A stretch of 64,000 nt of DNA from an uncultured Candidatus Saccharimonas sp. (GTDB lineage Bacteria; Patescibacteriota; Saccharimonadia; Saccharimonadales; Saccharimonadaceae), in assembly GCA_963524215.1 (NCBI GenBank), contig CAURDS010000001.1, positions 99,625-163,624 of the forward strand, read 5' to 3'. This document shows positions 58,159 through 64,000 of this stretch, piece by piece. The number at the start of each line of letters is the position of its first letter. The stretch's first letter is position 1. The translations under genes and the position numbers were made by a program. The notes beneath the pieces were generated by a model, which was not told the origin of the DNA, did no database searches, and was given only the letters and a program-made list of their open reading frames with translations.

Positions 58159-59586
58159 TCAACCTCGCCTCAAAACATAAAATCTATCAGCATTATATTT
58201 ACGGTTTGAAACTAGAATTCTTTTCACGCTATAATTTGCTGGAATTTTTGCGTTTTGGTAGGCTTCTTTCGAAAGAATTACTTCAGAATCTTCGAATTTA
58301 TTTTTTACTTTTGCCCTTCCTTGACGCTCAAGTACTTTATAAAAATATTCTTCATTTTTCGAAACCATCAAAACACGGTTTGAATCTGTTTTTTCAAGTA
58401 AAATATTTAAATCTTGGCTAAAAGCAGCGAGCGGCTGTGGTGAATATCGATAGCTTAAAGCAAAGACTGAAAGATTGGTAATTAATAGGTTGAAAACAAA
58501 AATCGAAATTGGAATCAACCCAAAAATTCGAGCATAAGGGTTTTTTGGAAAGAGCGCATACCAAGTGTTAATCAAACCTTGGAGACCTGTAATTGTTAAA
58601 ATTAAAATTGGCGTAAAAAGAATTGTGATTGTTGTGGGGTTAATAATGCAAACTAAAAGCAGAATCATTGTCCAGATATTGATCAAATAACTTTTTGCGG
58701 AATGTTTTGCGATAAATGTAAAATATAGCCCGATTGCGATTAAAATTGAAGTTGCCGGGTTAATTATTGGCGAAATCATTCCGTTACTAATTGGATTCGA
58801 AAAACCAAAAAGTGCTAAAACTAAGCTTTTGAGATTTTCGAAAAGTTTTAACGAGTTTGGAATTCCGAAAATTATCTTCAAGATTGAAAGATCAAAAAAG
58901 ATCGAAACTAAAAGTGGTGAAGTTATTATTAAAAATAATATTAGTGCCGCGATTTTTTGGTAATTTGGTAATTTTTTAATAATAAACCGTAAATGTGGAT
59001 GAGCTAAAATTGTAATTAAAAATGCTAGTGCAATGTAAGAACTGAGTGGTGTGTAAAAACTAAGCCCTAAAATTGAAATTAAAGTGAAAATTTGGCGTTT
59101 TTTTGGCTCTTTTAGAAATTCCATTCCGCTCCAAATTAGCAAAATTGGGTAAAAAATATAAAGAATTTCACTCGTTCCGTTTTGAGCAATAAAGAAAAAC
59201 TGGCTTGATGTGATTGCGATAATGGAAGCTAAAATAGAGGCACGTTTCGAAAACCACATTCCTGAGATTTTCGTTATGAAAAATATTGAACATAGAGAAA
59301 TCAAAACCGACGGCAATTTAATTGCAAAATTGCTTAAACCAAAAATATCAATGCTAGTTTTTTGCAAAAATCTAAATGGAAAATCTAGAATGTTCTTCGA
59401 AAAAATATTTGAAAAGTTTAAGTTGATTGAACTTTTAGCGCTCTCAATTTCACCGGCGGTTAATCCATTTGGCGCAAAAAATAAAGTATAGATAATTATT
59501 GCAAGATAGCTGAGTGATAAAATCCCAACTCCAATTTGGTAACGAAATTTATAGATCCAAAAATCGCTAATTTTTAAGTTTTTCAT
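58159..59586 (-). CDS. GT-C (PMT/ArnT-like) membrane glycosyltransferase-like protein
   Basis: FG.S.FAIKLPSV motif, many TM helices; catalytic residues unclear. Confidence 0.6.
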   Translation of the reverse strand: MKNLKISDFWIYKFRYQIGVGILSLSYLAIIIYTLFFAPNGLTAGEIESAKSSINLNFSNIFSKNILDFPFRFLQKTSIDIFGLSNFAIKLPSVLISLCSIFFITKISGMWFSKRASILASIIAITSSQFFFIAQNGTSEILYIFYPILLIWSGMEFLKEPKKRQIFTLISILGLSFYTPLSSYIALAFLITILAHPHLRFIIKKLPNYQKIAALILFLIITSPLLVSIFFDLSILKIIFGIPNSLKLFENLKSLVLALFGFSNPISNGMISPIINPATSILIAIGLYFTFIAKHSAKSYLINIWTMILLLVCIINPTTITILFTPILILTITGLQGLINTWYALFPKNPYARIFGLIPISIFVFNLLITNLSVFALSYRYSPQPLAAFSQDLNILLEKTDSNRVLMVSKNEEYFYKVLERQGRAKVKNKFEDSEVILSKEAYQNAKIPANYSVKRILVSNRKYNADRFYVLRRG

Positions 59587-59619
59587 TCTTTTTAGTATAT
59601 CACATTTCTTTTTAAAAAT

Positions 59620-60480
59620 CTACTTCAAGCTCCAGATATTTCCGCCATTGTTTGAGATTAGCCCTTTAATTTCGAGCATTGTTGCAGCTTGATTAAAATC
59701 GCTCACAGAAAGCCCAGATTGATTAATTATAGAATCGCTAGCTGTTGTGCCATTTTTTGAAAGAATTTCGAGAATTACGTTTTCGGCCGGTGTGTCACCC
59801 TGGAAGAGCTTGGTTTGTTTTTCGAAACGGTCTGGAATTAAAAAATCGAGCAGATCTTCAATTGAAGTTAAAGGATTTGCCCCGTTCTTGATAAGCTGAT
59901 TGCAGCCCGCTGAAAGTGGTGAGGTAATATTCCCGGGAACAGCAAAAACTTCTTTTCCTTGGTCAAGAGCATGATTTGCAGTCGAGAGAGTTCCGCTACG
60001 CGAGGCGGCTTCAATAATAACTACGGCATCAGCAAGACCTGAAACAATTCTGTTGCGTGCCAAAAACTGCCAAGGTTGGGCTGGCATTCCGTTTGGATAT
60101 TCACTTAAAATGACTCCATTGTTTTCAAGAATTCTCTGCCCTAAGGCTTCATGTGAACGCGGATAAATTTTATCAACGCCATTCGCAAGAACTGCCAGAG
60201 TAATTCCTCCACTATCAAGAGCTGCCCGATGTGCAACCGAGTCAATCCCTAAAGCCAAACCGCTCACAACCACAATACCGTTTTTTGCGCATTCGCTGGC
60301 AATTTTGGTTGCAACTTCTTTACCATAGGCGCTCGGCTTGCGAGTTCCTACAATCGCTACGGTTTTGATCCTTTCTGGAGGCAACTGCCCTCTTATAAAA
60401 AGCTGCTTTGGTGGGTCTGGAATATGTTGTAAATCTTTTAAATAATCTAATGATGTAGGTTTAATTTTAATAATTTCCAT
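59620..60480 (-). CDS. dprA: DNA processing protein DprA
   Basis: AIVGTR, VSGLALGID, RNRIVSGL, SGTLSTA. Confidence 0.95.
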   Translation of the reverse strand: MEIIKIKPTSLDYLKDLQHIPDPPKQLFIRGQLPPERIKTVAIVGTRKPSAYGKEVATKIASECAKNGIVVVSGLALGIDSVAHRAALDSGGITLAVLANGVDKIYPRSHEALGQRILENNGVILSEYPNGMPAQPWQFLARNRIVSGLADAVVIIEAASRSGTLSTANHALDQGKEVFAVPGNITSPLSAGCNQLIKNGANPLTSIEDLLDFLIPDRFEKQTKLFQGDTPAENVILEILSKNGTTASDSIINQSGLSVSDFNQAATMLEIKGLISNNGGNIWSLK

Positions 60481-60532
60481 AAAATTCTAAAATATTGTTG
60501 ACATTGTTGTAAGTTTATGATAATATATAAAT

Positions 60533-60790
60533 ATTGATAAAATGATTTAAAAATTTGTCAATGAAACTTAAATCTATTGTTATAGTGTGCAATATGTTAT
60601 TAATAATTCTGTATCCCTCCTTTATATACTATAAGGATTATAAATATTGCACATGGTAACCTCTTTGACCGGCGAACCCTTTGTTGAATTTTGGTGGGTT
60701 TTCAGCTTCGAATTTTTCGAGCCTTAGCGGGTGCGTCGAAGAGATAAAAAACCGTCTAAGCGATGCCCACCCGTGCTTAGGCGGTTTTTT
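60533..60790 (+). ncRNA. Candidate structured RNA of unknown class, possibly containing a 24-codon ORF
   Basis: TTGACA-17-TAATAT promoter with extended TG (60498-60526). Several stems whose mismatches are G-U on the + strand. Ends in a long terminator hairpin. Confidence 0.45.
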
Positions 60791-60906
60791 ATGTTATAAT
60801 ATTAAAATATATATTACTTTTGTCAATGTGCTTAAGGTTAATAATTAACTCACCTATTTTAACATAAGCGATTATATTTAGCAAGTTTTCGAAAAAGTAA
60901 ACAAAT

Positions 60907-60948
60907 TAAAAATCGTGCGACCTCGCAATAGTTTCGCACGATTTTTAA
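60907..60948 (-). terminator. Terminator
   Basis: TTAAAAATCGTGCGA...TCGCACGATTTTTAA. Confidence 0.8.
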
Positions 60949-60971
60949 CTAATATAAATCTCTCAATTTTT

Positions 60972-61490
60972 TTAGAATGAAGCCTCAACCGCAGCCCAAG
61001 TGGTGTCGGTGTTGTCTTCTGGGATGATAATTGTGACCTGGTCGCCAGCTTGAAGGCGGAAGTAAGTCACGCTTGCAAGCAAAATTTTATATTCGTTGCC
61101 GCCGGCTTCAACGAAGAACGAACCATCGTGATTGATGAGCGTTCCGATAATTTGTTTTCGCGGAACTGGACCAATTTGCTTATAAATAAACCCACCATCT
61201 TCATTGATTGTAAGCTTCAAAATATCGCCCTCCACAAGCTTTGATTTTGAAGCGTAATTTGCTGGAACTGGGTAATTTTTGCCATCTGGACCAATCATAG
61301 TTTGACCATCGAAAACACCTTCAATAACTTTGCCATGAGGGCTTTCGATGATGGAATTGCTTGGAGCTGTCACGGTGTTATCTTCACCGCTAATGCTTAT
61401 TAGCAATTCTTTGGCTGCCGCAAGATTCGTTTCCGCTTCTTGAATCAAGCTTTTTAGCCGCTTTACTTGTTTTTCTGGTAATTCAGACAT
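60972..61490 (-). CDS. Hypothetical protein (N-terminal coiled coil, VIEGVFDG...YPVPANYASKSKL core)
   Basis: 172-aa ORF with GAGGA SD; recalled as a CPR-common family, not verified. Confidence 0.8.
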   Translation of the reverse strand: MSELPEKQVKRLKSLIQEAETNLAAAKELLISISGEDNTVTAPSNSIIESPHGKVIEGVFDGQTMIGPDGKNYPVPANYASKSKLVEGDILKLTINEDGGFIYKQIGPVPRKQIIGTLINHDGSFFVEAGGNEYKILLASVTYFRLQAGDQVTIIIPEDNTDTTWAAVEASF

Positions 61491-61722
61491 ATTCCTCGCA
61501 TTTTCCTTGTCTGTTTTCTTTTGATATTATCTTTTAAATTCTATCACGAATTAACCTAAAAGTCAATATTTTTATATAATTTTAAGCTAATTTTAAGTTT
61601 TCCACAATTTTTAATCTGTTAAATGTGGGATGTTGTAATTTTTACAGAAATGCTTATGCTTAAAATAAGATCTTAGTATTGAATTTTATTTAAAATTAAA
61701 AACCCTGGTTTAGGGTTTTATT

Positions 61723-61965
61723 TTAAGAGGGTTTCCAATCGTGCTTGTAGATTGACAATGAATCTCCGATTATGTCGACCTCGTAGACTTCTCCCGCACT
61801 CTCAAAAAGAAAGTGCGTTTGATTTTTATTGGCTCCAGTTAGGCAATATTCTTGGATGTAGGCCCAGAGGTTCTCTGCTTCTTTCTCAGTAGAGACTCCT
61901 GAAGGGTTTTCTTTTGTTAGCTTTCTCAGTTCTTTTAAAGCTCTTCCGCTAATATTATAGCTCAT
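61723..61965 (-). CDS. Hypothetical small protein
   Basis: GGAGGAGG SD inside the upstream ORF; hairpin follows. Confidence 0.7.
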   Translation of the reverse strand: MSYNISGRALKELRKLTKENPSGVSTEKEAENLWAYIQEYCLTGANKNQTHFLFESAGEVYEVDIIGDSLSIYKHDWKPS

Positions 61966-62272
61966 TTTCTTCCTCCTCCAATTTTATAACTTTGATTGTA
62001 TTATCTTTCAAAAATTCAATACTAAATTTCCTCTCCTTTACATCCTGAAAACTATCATAGATTACAAAATTATTTTCATTTTGTTCAAATAAGCTACGAA
62101 TTCTCTCTAATTCCTTATAAACTTCTTTTCGAATTAGAGTCTTTTCATCTTCAGTTAGAAGATTCGATCCATCAACAACTATATTCAATTCTTGCATTAA
62201 ATCATCACTGTTGCGATCATAAAAGATTTCAGTGCCAGCGGGATTGCAAATAATAAAATTATAATAAGACAT
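61955..62272 (-). CDS. Hypothetical acidic protein
   Basis: TTGATT-17-TATAAT promoter. Confidence 0.7.
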   Translation of the reverse strand: MSYYNFIICNPAGTEIFYDRNSDDLMQELNIVVDGSNLLTEDEKTLIRKEVYKELERIRSLFEQNENNFVIYDSFQDVKERKFSIEFLKDNTIKVIKLEEEENEL

Positions 62273-62392
62273 ATAGGCTAAGCCCTCTTTTCTAATATAC
62301 TACTCAAATGAGTGCTAAAGATATTATACAACTTTTTTAAAGAAAAATCAAGGTTAAAAAATCCCCGCAAAATTGCGAGGTTCCACATTAAT

Positions 62393-62746
62393 TTAATTCG
62401 AACGAATTCTTTTGATTTCAATACTGTCACCTCTTCGACAGTAAATTTGGAAACCATTATTTTCGCCTGAATTTTGAAATATTTTATAGTAATAAGCTGA
62501 ATCGTTAATGTTCTGTTCTTCGAAAATATCGAAGACTTCTTCCATTAGCACTAGTCTATCACTAAAAATATTGACTCCAGCCGTTATTCTAAGAGAATCC
62601 TTTCCCTCAAGGAGCGTTTCGAGATTTTTCACGATTCGCTCTGCAGATTCACCTTCGATTTTAACGGGTTTGATTTTGTTGAGCTCAACCGAAAGCTGTC
62701 TTTCGCTTACGGCTTCGTCAACAAGTTTGATGAAAAAACTGCCCAT
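62393..62746 (-). CDS. Hypothetical protein
   Basis: TTGCAT-17-TAAAAT promoter, leader hairpin, GGAGG SD. Confidence 0.7.
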   Translation of the reverse strand: MGSFFIKLVDEAVSERQLSVELNKIKPVKIEGESAERIVKNLETLLEGKDSLRITAGVNIFSDRLVLMEEVFDIFEEQNINDSAYYYKIFQNSGENNGFQIYCRRGDSIEIKRIRSN

Positions 62747-62875
62747 AATGAGCCTCCCCCATAAGCTTATAGATTTCGGCGAACCGAGAAGCTTATTGCT
62801 TAAATTTTATAACAAGATTTTTTAAAATGCAAGCTTGAGCGTAATAAAAAAGCCGCGTTTTTGCGACTTTGAGGT

Positions 62876-63289
62876 TTAGAGAACTCTATTCTTTAAAAAT
62901 GGGGGAATTTCGAGCTCATCTTTTAATAAATATCTTCCAAAAGGTTTTTTACTGATTTTATCGCTGAAAAATTCTTCTGGAGTTGAAAGATCTTCTTCGA
63001 TCCGATGCGGAATTTCTTCGCCGCAAAACATTTTTATGACTTTGAAATCTAAATTAGACCACACGGCAATTTTTTTAACTTCTTGATGCGTTATGGATCT
63101 TTTTAGTGAAACACCGCCAAGATAAACAATTTCCGCTGATCCGCGGATCTCGATAATTTCTTTATTCAGATCATATGCTGAGTCGGGCTCTATTCGGATA
63201 ACTTTGTTTCCGTCCGCTTCAAGCCTAAGTGGTGTTCCGGTTTTTATTGATTGAAAAAGTGCATCTTGTAAGAAAAGCTGTTGGTTCAT
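62876..63289 (-). CDS. Hypothetical protein
   Basis: TTGACA-17-TATAAT promoter; AGGAGG SD before ATG 63289. Confidence 0.7.
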   Translation of the reverse strand: MNQQLFLQDALFQSIKTGTPLRLEADGNKVIRIEPDSAYDLNKEIIEIRGSAEIVYLGGVSLKRSITHQEVKKIAVWSNLDFKVIKMFCGEEIPHRIEEDLSTPEEFFSDKISKKPFGRYLLKDELEIPPFLKNRVL

Positions 63290-63332
63290 TCGAATCCTCC
63301 TAAATAAAATTTCCAAGCAAAAGCTTAGACAA

Positions 63333-64000
63333 CTAAATTATAGCAGAAAATATGAGTTTTGTCAATAGAAGGTTTTCGAAAAGCTCTTGAAAAGCATTAT
63401 TTTTTTTGATATAATTGAAGAATCTTGGGATGTCGCCAAGTGGTAAGGCAGCGGGTTCTGGTCCCGCCATTCGGGGGTTCGAATCCCTCCATCCCAGCCA
63501 AGCGGAATTATTTTTGAAAAAGACCATTTTATCGAATGGTTTTTTATATTTTAACAGTAGTTTTCCGTCTTTAAGTTGAAGGTTCTGACATACAAAATCA
63601 AGAATCTGTCTTCTTTCGTCGATGTTAGAACTTTCGAATATTTCGGTAGCGTTTAGTGCAATACCCATTAAAGTTGTAATATTTTCGTAAAATTTAAGAC
63701 GAGATTCATCGATATTATTGAGTTTTTCCTTGAAAATAGCCCTTGATCTTGAAATTTCTTCAATTTTCTTTTTATAATCTTCTTTCGAAATATCACCATC
63801 TAAATATAAATCTTGCAGCCTGTTAATTCTAACTTCAATTTTTGACAATTCAGCATTTAAAATTTTCTTTTGCTGTTTTATATTTTCTCGAATTGAATCA
63901 TTTGATTTTTTGGCAGTTTCTATGACTTGCTCAAATTGTTCTTTTGTTGGTTGAATTCTACTCAAATATCCCACAATTTGTTCGGTTAAATCTTCTTCTC
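63333..64000 (-). CDS. Large serine recombinase, C-terminal part (5' end outside the window)
   Basis: Frame open to the window edge: EEDLTEQIV, coiled coil with LQDLYLDG.IS...Y, and ERRQIL...NL.L.DG...YKKPF. No stop before the tRNA. Catalytic domain not visible. Confidence 0.75.
   Translation of the reverse strand, partial: EEDLTEQIVGYLSRIQPTKEQFEQVIETAKKSNDSIRENIKQQKKILNAELSKIEVRINRLQDLYLDGDISKEDYKKKIEEISRSRAIFKEKLNNIDESRLKFYENITTLMGIALNATEIFESSNIDERRQILDFVCQNLQLKDGKLLLKYKKPFDKMVFFKNNSAWLGWRDSNPRMAGPEPAALPLGDIPRFFNYIKKNNAFQELFENLLLTKLIFSAII
63426..63500 (+). tRNA. tRNA-Gln (CTG), probable integration site
   Basis: TGGGATG/CATCCCA acceptor stem, GCGGG-TTCTGGT-CCCGC anticodon arm, GTTCGAA T-loop, CCA end. 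Confidence 0.95.

Noticed and set aside
60660..60765. ZMP/ZTP riboswitch (TGACCGGCGAA resembles its 5' motif)
   Set aside because: No 3' CGCCUGGGC hairpin and no downstream purine or folate gene.
60856..60885. dif-like sequence TTTTAACATAAGCGATTATATTT
   Set aside because: Only 4 bp between the inner TAA and TTA; canonical geometry is missing.
3779..62825. Many short antisense or nested ORFs in the track (e.g. 17315-17761, 44397-44834, 53826-54242)
   Set aside because: They shadow well-supported genes and lack motifs or expression signals.
1..64000. CRISPR array, rRNA, IS transposase, reverse transcriptase/DGR
   Set aside because: No regularly spaced repeats, rRNA signatures, transposase or RT motifs seen. 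The pilin repeat is a perfect inverted copy, not an adenine-mutated TR/VR pair.

Overview
Low-GC bacterial chromosome segment, most likely from a Saccharibacteria (TM7/CPR) genome. This is inferred from the gene repertoire, the GFTIIEVVLVLAIAGLIF-type pilins and the CPR-typical VirD4-like and sigma-r4/HTH proteins. Layout: (1) ~1-3200 is the right end of an integrated inovirus-like element (Zot/pI ATPase, HUH Rep, DUF2726-like moron, frameshifted small gene, hairpins). (2) ~6700-16000 is an accessory island between smpB and pth: an OLD-like nuclease, a DUF2268-like protease, a decayed second cysS and a streptococcal-type vex123-vncRS module. (3) The backbone is mostly minus-strand housekeeping genes (xth, smpB, pth, der, tatD, metG, rsmA, pcrA, topA, cysS, rplA, recR, dprA, two tRNAs), rich in the palindrome TTCGAA and in apparently leaderless genes. 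(4) At the right end is an array of ORFans, then a large serine recombinase whose 3' end reads through tRNA-Gln. The most striking structure is a pair of convergent type IV pilin genes with a perfect 192-bp inverted repeat (5' UTR plus N-terminal coding region) around two different C-terminal domains, a candidate invertible pilin switch. Also notable: an orphan structured RNA beside dprA, an unannotated 41-aa highly basic protein, an Erm-like methylase and a nonsense-split YhgE/Pip gene. All family calls come from motif recognition; no searches were run.
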